Below are positions 1 to 10,328 of a stretch of 64,000 nucleotides of DNA, piece by piece. Under the pieces are notes generated by a model that saw nothing but the letters and a program-made list of their open reading frames with translations, did not search any database and was not told where the DNA came from. A program made the translations under genes and the position numbers. The stretch comes from an uncultured candidate division Zixibacteria bacterium (lineage in GTDB: Bacteria > Zixibacteria > MSB-5A5 > UBA10806). Each line of letters starts with the position of its first letter. Position 1 is the first letter of the stretch. The DNA lies in NCBI GenBank assembly GCA_963801605.1, contig CAWDFP010000006.1:1184001-1248000 (forward strand). Direction: 5' to 3'.

Positions 1-1
1 A

Positions 2-1639
2 ATTCAGGAGTCCTACGGCGCCAGAGCAGTAGCGGTAACGATGTCATGGGGAGCGGGTCCCACCTTCAAGGGGATAATCGATATTATTTCGCAGAAAGCA
101 TATACGCATGATAAATCCGGCGGAGTTAAGGAAGTCGCAATTCCAGGGGATCTCAAAGGGGCCGCTGACGCTTACCGCGAGAAAATCATGGAAGCTGCCG
201 CCGAGGCCGATGACGCCTTATTGGAAAAATTCTTTGAGGCTGGTGAACTTACTCCCGATGAACTCAGGGATGGTTTGAAAAAGGGAATCGCTACCGCTAA
301 GATTTATCCCATTTTCGCTGGTGCGGCCTTAGAGACAGCCGGTATCCCGGCCTTTCTTGATTTCGCCGCCGAATTTTTCCCGGCTCCGGATTATATTGGC
401 GAAAAAGAGGGTTTACTTCCCGGTACCGATAAACCTGTCATTCGTAAAATTTCGGTCAATGAGCCTACATCGCTGTACGTTTTTAAAACAATCTCAGAGC
501 CGCACGTTGGTGAGCTTTCGTTTTTTAAGGTATTTTCGGGCAAAATCAGTACCGGCGATGATCTTTTGAATGTAAATATCAATTCTTCAGAGAGAATCGG
601 CCAGATTTTCGAGATGAAAGGCAAGGATCGCAAAGAGGTCGGAACCACTTCAGCTGGTGATATCGGGGCCTTGGTAAAATTAAAAAGCACTCATACCGGC
701 CATACTCTCGCCGATAAAAAAACTCCAATTCAATTTAAGCCGGCGCCCATTCCTAATCCGGTTATCAGAATGGCGAGCAAAGCCAAAGCCAAAGGCGATG
801 AAGAAAAGATCGCTACGGGCCTGGCGCGGCTCCGTGAAGTTGACCCATCATTCAAGCTTGAGGTTGATCCCGAGATTAAGCAAACCATAGTTTCCGGGCA
901 GGGAGAGCTGCATCTTGCCGTAATTATTGACCGCCTGAAAAGTAATTTTGGCGTTGATGTTGAACTTGAAAAGCCCAAGATTCCTTACAGAGAATCGATC
1001 AAATCAAAAGCTGAAGCTCAGGGGAAATATAAAAAGCAAACCGGTGGCCGCGGCCAGTATGGTGATTGCTGGCTCAGGCTCGAGCCGCTACCAAGAAGTA
1101 CTGGTTTTGAATTCGTCGATGAGGTCGTCGGCGGTGTGATTCCCGGAAAATTTATCCCATCCATTGAAAAGGGTGTGGTCGAGGCGCTGGAGAGCGGGCC
1201 GCTTTCGGGAAATCGTGTTGTGGATATTAGAGTAACGGTTTATTATGGCTCTTACCACGATGTTGACTCATCAGATATGGCGTTTAAAATTGCCGGTTCG
1301 ATGGGTTTCAAGAATTGCTTCGCCAAAGCTGACGCTTACCTGCTTGAGCCTATTTATAATGTCGAAGTCATGGTTCCCGAGGATTATATGGGCGATGTTA
1401 TGGGTGATATCTCATCACGGCGCGGCAAAATCATGGGCATGGAACGTGATGGTAATATGCAGAAAATCAAAGCTCAGGTGCCCCTTGCCGAGCTTTACAA
1501 ATACTCAACCTCACTTCGTTCGTTGACTCAGGGTCGTGGATATCACACTATGGAATTTTCACACTATGAGGAAGTACCGCGCGAAATCGCCGGCAAAGTG
1601 ATCGAGGAAACCAAGAAAGAAAAAGAAGAGGAGAAATAA
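2..1639 (+). CDS. fusA: Elongation factor G family GTPase (5' truncated; probably a stand-alone EF-G paralogue)
   Basis: Frame open from base 2; motifs GQGELHL, KKQTGGRGQYG, YHDVDSS, LLEPI, LRSLTQGRG; followed by a hairpin, not by tuf. Confidence 0.93.
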   Translation: MQESYGARAVAVTMSWGAGPTFKGIIDIISQKAYTHDKSGGVKEVAIPGDLKGAADAYREKIMEAAAEADDALLEKFFEAGELTPDELRDGLKKGIATAKIYPIFAGAALETAGIPAFLDFAAEFFPAPDYIGEKEGLLPGTDKPVIRKISVNEPTSLYVFKTISEPHVGELSFFKVFSGKISTGDDLLNVNINSSERIGQIFEMKGKDRKEVGTTSAGDIGALVKLKSTHTGHTLADKKTPIQFKPAPIPNPVIRMASKAKAKGDEEKIATGLARLREVDPSFKLEVDPEIKQTIVSGQGELHLAVIIDRLKSNFGVDVELEKPKIPYRESIKSKAEAQGKYKKQTGGRGQYGDCWLRLEPLPRSTGFEFVDEVVGGVIPGKFIPSIEKGVVEALESGPLSGNRVVDIRVTVYYGSYHDVDSSDMAFKIAGSMGFKNCFAKADAYLLEPIYNVEVMVPEDYMGDVMGDISSRRGKIMGMERDGNMQKIKAQVPLAELYKYSTSLRSLTQGRGYHTMEFSHYEEVPREIAGKVIEETKKEKEEEK

Positions 1640-1658
1640 CTCTTCTATTCGAGATTAA

Positions 1659-1696
1659 AAGAGGTCCCGGGTTAATGCGGGGCCTCTTATTATTTT
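1659..1696 (+). terminator. Intrinsic terminator after EF-G gene
   Basis: AAGAGGTCCCG/CGGGGCCTCTT stem followed by ATTATTTT. Confidence 0.6.
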
Positions 1697-2596
1697 ATGA
1701 TAGGACTTTCTACAAGTATATTCACTAAATTGCCTGGTTCGGAAATTGTTGAAAAGGTCGGCAGTCTGGGAATAGCCCAGATCGAGCTTGGTTTTACCCT
1801 CACCCCAAAACAGGTCACGGATATTATCCGAGCGGCCAGGGAAAACGATATTCAAATATCCAGCCTGCATAATTTTGTTCCCGAGCCTCCTGAGACAGAG
1901 CGCGGGATCATGCTTAGCGATATCGACCAATCGTTACGTAATAAAGCGGTGCAGCTTACCAAAGATACTGTTATGCTGGCCTCCGATGTTGGAGCACGGG
2001 CGGTTGTGGTTCACATGGGACAACCGCGAGGTTGGGACTACGAGACAATTCAAAAAGAGCTTCGCGAGGCAATCCGCTCCAAAGCTTCACCCGATGATAT
2101 TGAGGCGTTACGGACACGATTTCAAAAAGAACGGATGTCGCTGCCAGGCGCATATCTTGATTCAATGCTCCGCAGTCTCGATGAAATCCTGCCCCTTTCA
2201 GACGATTTGGATATTAGCCTCGGGGCAGAAAACCGCTTTTATTATGGTCAATTCCCCAATTTTGAAGAACTTGGAATATTGATTCAGGAATTTTCCGGTT
2301 CAAGGCTGGGATACTGGCATGATTGCGGCCATGCCAGGCAAATAGAATATTGTGGATTAGGTAGCTCCGTCGAAGGATTAGAAGCGTTCAGAGAGCTTTT
2401 GGTTGGCATTCATTTGCACGATACCAAATTATGGACAGATCACGAGCTTCCCAGCCCCGATGGCGATATTGATTTCAGCTACCTTAAACCCTTTATTAAT
2501 AGCACCACGATATTGAATCTCGAACCCGGTAAGTGGGTCGATCCCAAGCCGTTGCAGGCGGCTCTTGATCATTTACAATCGGCCGGAATAGAGTAG
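1697..2596 (+). CDS. Sugar phosphate isomerase/epimerase family TIM-barrel protein (AP endonuclease 2-like)
   Basis: IELG, SLHN, VVVHMG, GAENR, WHDCGH, IHLHD, DHELP, LNLEP metal-binding pattern. Confidence 0.8.
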   Translation: MIGLSTSIFTKLPGSEIVEKVGSLGIAQIELGFTLTPKQVTDIIRAARENDIQISSLHNFVPEPPETERGIMLSDIDQSLRNKAVQLTKDTVMLASDVGARAVVVHMGQPRGWDYETIQKELREAIRSKASPDDIEALRTRFQKERMSLPGAYLDSMLRSLDEILPLSDDLDISLGAENRFYYGQFPNFEELGILIQEFSGSRLGYWHDCGHARQIEYCGLGSSVEGLEAFRELLVGIHLHDTKLWTDHELPSPDGDIDFSYLKPFINSTTILNLEPGKWVDPKPLQAALDHLQSAGIE

Positions 2597-2663
2597 TTAG
2601 GCGATATTATGCCGTTCATTATGACTGATAAATGGGCTTTTCCGATCCATCCAGAGAAACATA

Positions 2664-2692
2664 TTGCTAAGTTGGTGTTAGTGTGTTAATTT
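2664..2692 (+). promoter_or_regulatory. Sigma70-type promoter of yebC-ruv operon
   Basis: TTGCTA-17 nt-TAATTT with TGn extension; SD AGGAGG before ATG 2733. Confidence 0.5.
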
Positions 2693-2732
2693 TGAGAAAA
2701 TTGTTATAATGATTTAGTGAATAGGAGGCGCC

Positions 2733-3485
2733 ATGTCTGGCCATTCTAAATGGTCCACCATTAAGCGGAAAAAAGGCAAATTAGACGAGGAACGCGGCAA
2801 AATGTTCACGAAACTGATCCGTGAAATTACAGTCGCGGCCCGCGAAGGAGGCGGAGACCTCGAATCTAACGCCAGGTTGCGGACGGCCGTAAATACGGCT
2901 AAAGCCGCCAATATGCCGGCAGATAATATCAAAAGAGGAATCCTCAAAGGAACCGGCGAACTTGAGGGCGTTCATTACGAACAATCAACCTATGAAGGGT
3001 ATGGGCCCGGCGGTGTTGCTGTCCTGGTTGAAACCCTGTCCGATAATAAAAATCGAACGGTAGCCGAAATCAGGCATATTTTCACTCGGCATAACGGTAA
3101 CCTCGGTGAGGTAGGATGTGTCGGTTGGATGTTCGATCGCAAGGGATATATAGTCGTTGACAAAGGCACAATTGATGAAGATGCTCTGATGGAAAGGGCT
3201 CTTGAGGCGGGGGCATCGGATTTCGTGGTTGGAAACGATATTTATGAGATCTATACCGAGTTCGTCGATTTTGATTCTGTAAGGTCTACATTGGAAAAGG
3301 CCGGTGTTAAATTCGCTACGGCCGAAATCAGTATGATTCCCCAAACCACCGTTAAGCTTGAAGGTAAGCCCGCTGAACAGATGATTAAGCTCTATGAGGA
3401 ACTCGAAGATCATGATGATATCCAGAGGGTCTTCGCCAACTTCGATATCGACGAATCGCTGTTGCTCAAGCTGTCCGAGGCTTAA
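2733..3485 (+). CDS. yebC: YebC/PmpR family protein
   Basis: [28 protein letters not shown]; upstream of ruvC. Confidence 0.96.
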   Translation: MSGHSKWSTIKRKKGKLDEERGKMFTKLIREITVAAREGGGDLESNARLRTAVNTAKAANMPADNIKRGILKGTGELEGVHYEQSTYEGYGPGGVAVLVETLSDNKNRTVAEIRHIFTRHNGNLGEVGCVGWMFDRKGYIVVDKGTIDEDALMERALEAGASDFVVGNDIYEIYTEFVDFDSVRSTLEKAGVKFATAEISMIPQTTVKLEGKPAEQMIKLYEELEDHDDIQRVFANFDIDESLLLKLSEA

Positions 3486-3488
3486 GGC

Positions 3489-3968
3489 GTGTGCCCGATC
3501 GTTCTGGGCATAGATCCGGGTTTGCATCGTACTGGATATGCTGTCGTAGAATACAATAATAAGGACCCCAAATTATTGGAAGCTGGTGTCCTGACAACCA
3601 AAGAAACAGACAAGCTGCAAATTCGGTTGAAATCGATATATGATAGCGTTCAAGAGGTAATCGAGGATTTCCATCCCGACTTAATTGCAATCGAAAACCT
3701 CTATTCACATTACAGTCATCCTTTGACCGCGGTAGTGATGGGACATTCCAGGGGGATTATCTTCTTGTGCGCTGCGCACCACAATATTCCAATAACATGT
3801 TACGCAGCCACGAGGATAAAAAAGTCAGTTACGGGCAATGGACGGGCGCCTAAAATGCAGGTTCAGAGGAGCATTCAAACTATAATGAAACTTGAAAAAC
3901 TTCCGGATCCGCCGGATGTCGCCGATGCAATTGCAGTGGCTCTTTGCCATATCGAGGCCGGCCGATGA
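3489..3968 (+). CDS. ruvC: Holliday junction resolvase RuvC
   Basis: LGIDPG, AIE, KKSVTGNGRAPK, DVADAIAVALCH. Confidence 0.96.
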   Translation: MCPIVLGIDPGLHRTGYAVVEYNNKDPKLLEAGVLTTKETDKLQIRLKSIYDSVQEVIEDFHPDLIAIENLYSHYSHPLTAVVMGHSRGIIFLCAAHHNIPITCYAATRIKKSVTGNGRAPKMQVQRSIQTIMKLEKLPDPPDVADAIAVALCHIEAGR

Positions 3969-4621
3969 TATCCAGAATTAGGGGCATTCTTGAATCAATA
4001 GATGAAACCACGTCGGTTGTGAGTGTCGCCGGGTTATACTACGAAGTAATGCTGCCATCGGCGCTGGCTGAATCGATGCACAATACTACCGCTATCGGTA
4101 ATGAGATTATATTTTATACAATCGATTATATTGAATCGGCTCAGGTTGGAAATCAATACCCCCGGCTGGTTGGATTTGCCGATCAGGTCGATAAGGAATT
4201 TTTCAGCATTTTCACGTCAGTTCCGGGGCTTGGAGTAAAAAAAGCTCTGAAATGCTTAACCATGCCGATCAGCGATATCGCCCGCGCAATCGAAACGAAT
4301 GATCTGGCGGTGCTCAAAAAATTACCGGGAATAGGCCCCAGGTTGGCTGAGAAAATCGTCGCCGAACTTAAGGGGAAAACGGCCCGTTTCGCTCTGGCTC
4401 GGGAAAGCAAGCCTCTGGCCAAACCGGAACATAAACCTGATTTCGCTGATGAGGTCATGCTGATCCTTTTACAGTTGCAATATCGACGATCCGAAGCGCA
4501 GGCTATGCTTGACAGGGCTATAGCCACCGGAAAGCGGTTTAAATCATCAGAGGACTTATTGAATCAAATATTCAAACAGACCACAAAATTGGATACTAAA
4601 GAAACAGAAGAAATAGAATGA
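3965..4621 (+). CDS. ruvA: Holliday junction branch migration protein RuvA
   Basis: MISRIRG start (ATG 3965 overlaps ruvC stop); HhH motifs VPGLGVKKA and LPGIGPRLAEKI. Confidence 0.94.
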   Translation: MISRIRGILESIDETTSVVSVAGLYYEVMLPSALAESMHNTTAIGNEIIFYTIDYIESAQVGNQYPRLVGFADQVDKEFFSIFTSVPGLGVKKALKCLTMPISDIARAIETNDLAVLKKLPGIGPRLAEKIVAELKGKTARFALARESKPLAKPEHKPDFADEVMLILLQLQYRRSEAQAMLDRAIATGKRFKSSEDLLNQIFKQTTKLDTKETEEIE

Positions 4622-5640
4622 GAGAACGAATCGTAACGCCCGGAAAGGTATCCGAAGAAGAAGAACAGTATATTGCCAGTCTTCGGCCAAGAAGGCTCGA
4701 AGACTTTATCGGCCAGAAAAAACTGACTGAGAAGCTGATCGTTTCCATCAAGGCTGCACTTCAAAGAGCTGAACCTCACGAGCACATGCTTCTATATGGT
4801 CCTCCCGGGCTGGGCAAGACGACTTTGGCTCATATCCTGGCGCAGGAGATGGGCACCAAGCTGGTGGTCTCTTCGGGTCCTTCTCTTCAAAGGACCGGCG
4901 ACCTCATGGGCATATTGACTAATCTGGAGCAGGGCGATGTCCTGCTAATCGACGAAATTCATCGGTTAGCGCCGGCGGTAGAGGAATTCATCTATCCAGC
5001 CATGGAAGATTTCAAGGTTGATTTCATTGTCGATAAAGGCGCCTTTGCCCGCGTTATAAACGTTCCGCTCAAGAAATTCACTTTAGTAGGCGCGACTACA
5101 CGAGCCGGGCTTATCTCTGCTCCTCTTCGGGATAGGTTTGGAATTGTTCATCATCTTGATTTTTATCCTCCGGAGGAGCTGGCATTAATCGCTAAGCGCT
5201 CGTCGGGAATTTTAAATGTTAGTATCACTGATGATGCCGCATTCGAGGTTGCCGGGAGAAGCCGGGGCACACCGAGGATTGCCAATCGCCTCCTTCGCCG
5301 CGTGCGCGATTACGCCCAGATCAAAGGGCAAAAGGAGCTAACTGTCGAAGCGGTCAAGGAATCATTGGCGCTCGAAGGAATCGATAGTCAGGGTCTCGAT
5401 GATCTCGACCGCCGCTTGATCCGTATAATAGTTGATTATTATAACGGCGGACCGGTGGGCATAGAATCGCTGGCGGCAACGTTAAATGAGGAATCGGATA
5501 CTCTTGAGGAAATGGTAGAGCCGTTTCTTCTTAAAATTGGTTTTATCAAACGTACCTCAAAGGGCAGAATAATTGGGGATGCCGCCTTGAGACATCTTGG
5601 ACTTAAGGTCAAAGGAGATACCCAACAAGATTTGCTATGA
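4618..5640 (+). CDS. ruvB: Holliday junction branch migration helicase RuvB
   Basis: LRPRRL, GPPGLGKTT, IDEIHRL, GATTRAG, SRGTPRIANRLLRRVRD. Confidence 0.98.
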   Translation: MRERIVTPGKVSEEEEQYIASLRPRRLEDFIGQKKLTEKLIVSIKAALQRAEPHEHMLLYGPPGLGKTTLAHILAQEMGTKLVVSSGPSLQRTGDLMGILTNLEQGDVLLIDEIHRLAPAVEEFIYPAMEDFKVDFIVDKGAFARVINVPLKKFTLVGATTRAGLISAPLRDRFGIVHHLDFYPPEELALIAKRSSGILNVSITDDAAFEVAGRSRGTPRIANRLLRRVRDYAQIKGQKELTVEAVKESLALEGIDSQGLDDLDRRLIRIIVDYYNGGPVGIESLAATLNEESDTLEEMVEPFLLKIGFIKRTSKGRIIGDAALRHLGLKVKGDTQQDLL

Positions 5641-5740
5641 GTTTGAGTAGAAGGATTTATATTACACTACCTGCAGCCATCATTTTACCCAGGGTGGCTC
5701 TTATAATTTTTAATGGGGTATAAAATTGGGTGAATTATTG

Positions 5741-6781
5741 ATGAGCCTTAATATCGAAGATTATAATTATTATTTGCCCGAGGGTCGAGTTGCTTTCTAT
5801 CCGGCCGAACCGCGAGATACTTCAAAGCTGCTTTATTTACCACGATTTAGCGGACTCTGTCGGCATCTAACATTTACGGATTTTCCGGATTATCTTAAAA
5901 GCGGCGATGTTTTGGTTCTCAATGATTCTAAAGTCTTTCCGGCTCGTCTCTGGGGACATAAGAAAGGGAGTGGCGGCAAAGCCGAAATATTCCTTTTGCA
6001 GGAATTCCCGGACGGTACGTGGGAGGCTTTAGTTAGGCCGGGAAGACGATTACCGCCGGGTTCAGAGATTGAATTTTTCGACGGAAAGCTTCTGGCTACT
6101 CTTGGAGACCGCACCGAAAGCGGCGGGCGTTTAGTCAGATTTGAATCTGAAAGTGATCTTCTATCGCTTATCTGGCAGTATGGAGAGGTGCCGTTGCCTC
6201 CTTATATCGATCGCAAAGCGGAAGAATCCGATAAATCGCGATATCAGACAATTTATGCCGAAAATATCGGCGCCGTGGCAGCTCCCACCGCCGGATTTCA
6301 TTTCACTGAAGAGATCATAAATAAAATAAGGGATATTGGAGTTCAAGTAGTCAAATTAACTCTTCATCCCGGGCTGGGTACTTTTCGGCCGATAACGCAC
6401 GATAAAATCGAAGATCATAAAATGCATCAAGAGCGCTTTTTTATTCCCGAGGAAACATCAAAGGTAGTCAATCTGGCTCGCCAGGAGGGAAGAAGAATAA
6501 TCGCCGTGGGAACTACCAGCGTGCGAGCCCTGGAATCATCCTGCGATGAAAATGGGATATCCATTCCGGGCGGCTGGAGGGAAACCCGGCTTTTTATAAC
6601 GCCGTCCTATGAATTTAGATTTATCGATGGCCTGTTGACCAATTTTCATCTTCCCAAATCAACCTTGTTACTATTGGTTTCGGCTTTTGCCGGCCGCGAT
6701 CGTATATTAGCCGCATATAAAGAAGCAATAGATAACGGGTATCGCTTTTATAGTTATGGCGACGCCATGCTGATAATATGA
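5741..6781 (+). CDS. queA: S-adenosylmethionine:tRNA ribosyltransferase-isomerase QueA
   Basis: PLPPYI, RYQTIYA, AAPTAGFHF, VGTTSVRALES, TNFHLPKSTL, YRFYSYGDAM. Confidence 0.97.
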   Translation: MSLNIEDYNYYLPEGRVAFYPAEPRDTSKLLYLPRFSGLCRHLTFTDFPDYLKSGDVLVLNDSKVFPARLWGHKKGSGGKAEIFLLQEFPDGTWEALVRPGRRLPPGSEIEFFDGKLLATLGDRTESGGRLVRFESESDLLSLIWQYGEVPLPPYIDRKAEESDKSRYQTIYAENIGAVAAPTAGFHFTEEIINKIRDIGVQVVKLTLHPGLGTFRPITHDKIEDHKMHQERFFIPEETSKVVNLARQEGRRIIAVGTTSVRALESSCDENGISIPGGWRETRLFITPSYEFRFIDGLLTNFHLPKSTLLLLVSAFAGRDRILAAYKEAIDNGYRFYSYGDAMLII

Positions 6782-7473
6782 AAGTTTCAAGGAATATCGC
6801 AATTGTAGTGGCTGCCGGAACGGGCAGTCGAATCGGAGGAGAGCTTCCCAAGCAATTTCTCCCGCTGGGAGGGAAACCGATGGCGGTCCATTGCCTGGCA
6901 TTATTCGAACGAAGCGCTCTCATCGATGAGGTCATCCTGGTGGTTAATGAGAATTACCTGAGTTATGCTTCCCAGGCTATTGTCGATGAGTACCATTTTC
7001 ATAAGATCAGGAAGATTACTTGCGGCGGCAAGACTCGTCAGGAATCGGTCCTGGCCGGCCTTTCGGCTTGTCCGGCAGGGATCGACCTGGTGGCTATCCA
7101 TGACGCCGCCAGGCCATTTCTCACTAATGAGCTTTTTGAACAGGTAATGGCTAAAGCATCCGGGACGGGCGCTGCCATCCTGGCGGTTCAAACCAAGGAT
7201 AGCGTCAAAGCTGTAGATAAGGGCATCATAACTAAATCTCTCAAGCGCGACACAATCTGGTTGGCTCAAACTCCACAGGTTTTTCGTTTTGATGGAATTC
7301 TCGACGCCTATAGACGCGCCGAAGCTGCTCGAAATGATGCTACGGACGATTCGGAGTTATATGAGCAATATTGCGGTCCGGTGGCAATTGTGCCGGGGAG
7401 TTATAATAATATTAAAATCACAACACCCGCCGATCTGGTACTGGCCCAGGAGATAATAAAAGGACTTATATGA
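6778..7473 (+). CDS. ispD: 2-C-methyl-D-erythritol 4-phosphate cytidylyltransferase
   Basis: AAGTGSRIG..PKQF, HDAARP, AQTPQVF, TDD, NIKITTPADL. Confidence 0.96.
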   Translation: MKVSRNIAIVVAAGTGSRIGGELPKQFLPLGGKPMAVHCLALFERSALIDEVILVVNENYLSYASQAIVDEYHFHKIRKITCGGKTRQESVLAGLSACPAGIDLVAIHDAARPFLTNELFEQVMAKASGTGAAILAVQTKDSVKAVDKGIITKSLKRDTIWLAQTPQVFRFDGILDAYRRAEAARNDATDDSELYEQYCGPVAIVPGSYNNIKITTPADLVLAQEIIKGLI

Positions 7474-7949
7474 AAGACTTTCGTATTGGCCACGGTTATG
7501 ACATCCACCGGCTGATTGCGGGCCGTAAGCTCATATTGGGCGGGGTTGAGATTGAATTTGAGAAAGGACTCGACGGCCATTCCGATGCCGATGTGATTTG
7601 CCATGCGGTTATGGATTCTCTTCTGGGTGCAGCAGCGCTTGGTGATATTGGCGGACATTTTCCCAATAATGATCCCGCCTATAAAGGCGCCGATTCGCTT
7701 AAGCTTCTATCCCATGTAAGAGATTTGATTTCCGATGCGCATTATTCAATTGGCAATATCGATATCACCGTGATTGCCGAGAAGCCCAGGCTGGCTCCTT
7801 TTATTCCGCAAATGATTTCGAATATTTCCCGTATTCTCGGTGTTTCGCCGGCGGCTGTGTCCATTAAGGCTACTACCAATGAGGGTTTGGGTTTTATAGG
7901 GCGAGAGGAGGGGATGGCCGCGTTTTCGGTGGCTCTCCTGCATAAATGA
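7470..7949 (+). CDS. ispF: 2-C-methyl-D-erythritol 2,4-cyclodiphosphate synthase
   Basis: RIGHGYDIH, GHSDADV, GDIG, KATTNEGLGF. Confidence 0.97.
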   Translation: MKDFRIGHGYDIHRLIAGRKLILGGVEIEFEKGLDGHSDADVICHAVMDSLLGAAALGDIGGHFPNNDPAYKGADSLKLLSHVRDLISDAHYSIGNIDITVIAEKPRLAPFIPQMISNISRILGVSPAAVSIKATTNEGLGFIGREEGMAAFSVALLHK

Positions 7950-8557
7950 GTTTCGATCAAATTCTGGAATTTATCCGCTCCCAGAATGAATTTATTATCT
8001 ACGGTATTCTTCTGGTTAGCGCCTTTATCGAAAATGTTTTTCCTCCGTTCCCGGGAGATACGGTGACATTGGCGGGCGCCTATCTTGCAGGCGAAGGGAA
8101 TATCGCTTATATTGGAGTTCTGTTATCGGTCGTAATCGGCGGAATCGTCGGGGCGATGACCCTATACGTATTAGGGAAAGTAAGCGGGCGGCCGTTTTTT
8201 GAAACGGGCCGGGGCCGGTATTTGATAAAAGGAAGTTTGCATCGGATTGAAATGAAGTTCGATAAATATGGCAGCGGAATAATCCTAACGTCGCGTTTTA
8301 TTCCCGGAATCAGGTCGGCCATTGCCGTTACCGCCGGAATAGTAAAGTATGACGTTTATCGGATGGCAGTTCTCTCGACGATCAGTATTTTCCTGTGGAC
8401 CGGCATGCTGATGGGGCTTATGATTTATTTTAAGTCCAATTGGCGGTTGATTGCACATTTAATAAGCCATTTCAATATAGTGTTTCTGATTATAGGAGCG
8501 CTGCTTTTAATAGGATGGATAGTAAGGGCGTTGTGGAAAAGAAGAAATACAAAATAG
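7946..8557 (+). CDS. DedA family membrane protein
   Basis: FIENVFPPFPGD and SRFIPGIRS motifs; hydrophobic helices. Confidence 0.9.
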   Translation: MSFDQILEFIRSQNEFIIYGILLVSAFIENVFPPFPGDTVTLAGAYLAGEGNIAYIGVLLSVVIGGIVGAMTLYVLGKVSGRPFFETGRGRYLIKGSLHRIEMKFDKYGSGIILTSRFIPGIRSAIAVTAGIVKYDVYRMAVLSTISIFLWTGMLMGLMIYFKSNWRLIAHLISHFNIVFLIIGALLLIGWIVRALWKRRNTK

Positions 8558-9585
8558 CAGTTTTGATGGGGGGGAACTCCGCCGAGCGCGATGTCTCGTT
8601 GGCATCCGGCGCTGGGATTGTGGCGGGCCTTAAGGCCGCCGGCCATGAGGCGATAGGAATCGATACCGCTCTGGGGGCCGGACAGCTTTCGGCTCATGCC
8701 AAAGCCGAGATTAGTGGAATCAAATCCGAACCGCCTACTGTGGGCGACCTCGCAGTTATATCGAGCGAGACTACCATCCAAACCGTGAGTTCTCCTGATT
8801 TAAAAGCGGTAGACCTGGTTTTTATCGCTCTTCATGGTGGCATGGGTGAAAACGGCACCATTCAAGCCCTTCTGGACCTGATGGGGATTCCCTATACCGG
8901 CTCCGGGGTCCTGGCTTCGGCGGCGGCGATGGATAAATTAATCGCTAAAAAGATATTTATTGCCTCCGGAATTCCCACGCCTGATTATTTTGTGAAGGCA
9001 TCGTCAAATATTGGCGCCGAACAGGAGTTGATTGCCGAAGTTGAAAAAACAACCGGTTTTCCGGTGGTAGTCAAGCCCAACGATCAAGGCTCATCGGTGG
9101 GGCTCGATATCGCAAAGGACCCAAAAAGCCTATTTGAAATCGCCAAAAAAGCGGCGCTGTATTCCGATAAAGTTCTCTTTGAAAAATATATTCCCGGCCG
9201 GGAATTAACCGTTGCGATTTTGGATGAACTAACTTTGCCAGTGGTTGAAATCAAGCCTCATGATGGATTCTACGATTACCGGCACAAATATACCGTGGGC
9301 CAAACAGAATATCTTGTTCCCGCGCCGATTTCTATCGAACTGGAACGCCGAACCCGCGAGCTTGGCCTTCAAGCATTCCAGGCTCTTGGCTGTCGCGGAT
9401 ATGCCAGAACTGATTTTCGGCTGTCGCCCGACGGTGAGCTGTATTGCCTCGAGGTAAACACTCTTCCCGGTATGACAGCCACATCGCTTGTCCCCAAGGC
9501 AGCCAAAGCCGCAGGTGTCGAGTTTTCGGAATTACTAAGCCGTATCGCGGATAGCGCCATGCGGTATTATCAGAAAGGAAAGTAA
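8533..9585 (+). CDS. ddl: D-alanine--D-alanine ligase
   Basis: GGNSAERDVS, LHGGMGENG, PYTGS, GSSVG, FYDYRHKY (Tyr-type omega loop), LEVNTLPG; start uncertain (GTG 8533 or ATG 8515). Confidence 0.95.
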   Translation: MEKKKYKIAVLMGGNSAERDVSLASGAGIVAGLKAAGHEAIGIDTALGAGQLSAHAKAEISGIKSEPPTVGDLAVISSETTIQTVSSPDLKAVDLVFIALHGGMGENGTIQALLDLMGIPYTGSGVLASAAAMDKLIAKKIFIASGIPTPDYFVKASSNIGAEQELIAEVEKTTGFPVVVKPNDQGSSVGLDIAKDPKSLFEIAKKAALYSDKVLFEKYIPGRELTVAILDELTLPVVEIKPHDGFYDYRHKYTVGQTEYLVPAPISIELERRTRELGLQAFQALGCRGYARTDFRLSPDGELYCLEVNTLPGMTATSLVPKAAKAAGVEFSELLSRIADSAMRYYQKGK

Positions 9586-9589
9586 GTTT

Positions 9590-10315
9590 TTGAAGTTTGA
9601 TGCAGCCATATTTGATTTAGGCTCCACGCTTATAAATTACGAAAATCACGAATGGGATGAGCTTGGGCGCATGGGATGCCAGAACGCCTGCCCGATTCTG
9701 ATTGGACTTTCAAAGGAGCTTATTACCCCGGAGCTTCTCTGGAACGATTTCCATTATGCGATCGACCAAATGTTTGAAAGTCATACTGCTGATCTGGCAG
9801 AAATTGATCTCTATGAGGTTACATCAAAAATCCTCACCAAACTTGGTATTGGCGTCAGGGATGGTTTGGTCACGAGATTTGTTGATGCTTACTATCTTCC
9901 GATAACCAACCAATGCACAATTCTCCCCGGAGCGGAGGAGATTCTGTTAAAATGCAAATCGGCCGGCCTTAAAATCGGATTGGTATCGAATACAATTTTC
10001 CCCGCCGCTTTTCATCGGGCCGAAATGGAACGTTTCGGAATCTCGCGCTTTTTCGATTTTACCATATTTTCATCTGAATTTAAGTGGCGCAAACCCAGGA
10101 AAGAAATCTATCTTAAAGCGTTGGAACTTGCAGACGTAACGCCCGAGCAATCGGTTTTTATCGGCGATAGATTGGTAGAGGACGTGGGCGGCCCGCAGGC
10201 CGTGGGGATCAAAGCAATTTTAAAATTTGTCGAGGGGCGCGATTACTCGGCCCCCATAACACCCTATAGAACGATTTACAAGCTTAGCGAGCTTGAAAAG
10301 ATAATACTTTCCTAA
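9590..10315 (+). CDS. HAD-IA family hydrolase
   Basis: FDLGSTL, LVSN, RKP, IGDRLVED. Confidence 0.88.
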   Translation: MKFDAAIFDLGSTLINYENHEWDELGRMGCQNACPILIGLSKELITPELLWNDFHYAIDQMFESHTADLAEIDLYEVTSKILTKLGIGVRDGLVTRFVDAYYLPITNQCTILPGAEEILLKCKSAGLKIGLVSNTIFPAAFHRAEMERFGISRFFDFTIFSSEFKWRKPRKEIYLKALELADVTPEQSVFIGDRLVEDVGGPQAVGIKAILKFVEGRDYSAPITPYRTIYKLSELEKIILS

Positions 10316-10328
10316 AACAGGAGGCACT

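Noticed and set aside
5637..5723. 28-aa hydrophobic ORF overlapping the ruvB stop
   Set aside because: Too short, no recognisable family; cannot be distinguished from chance
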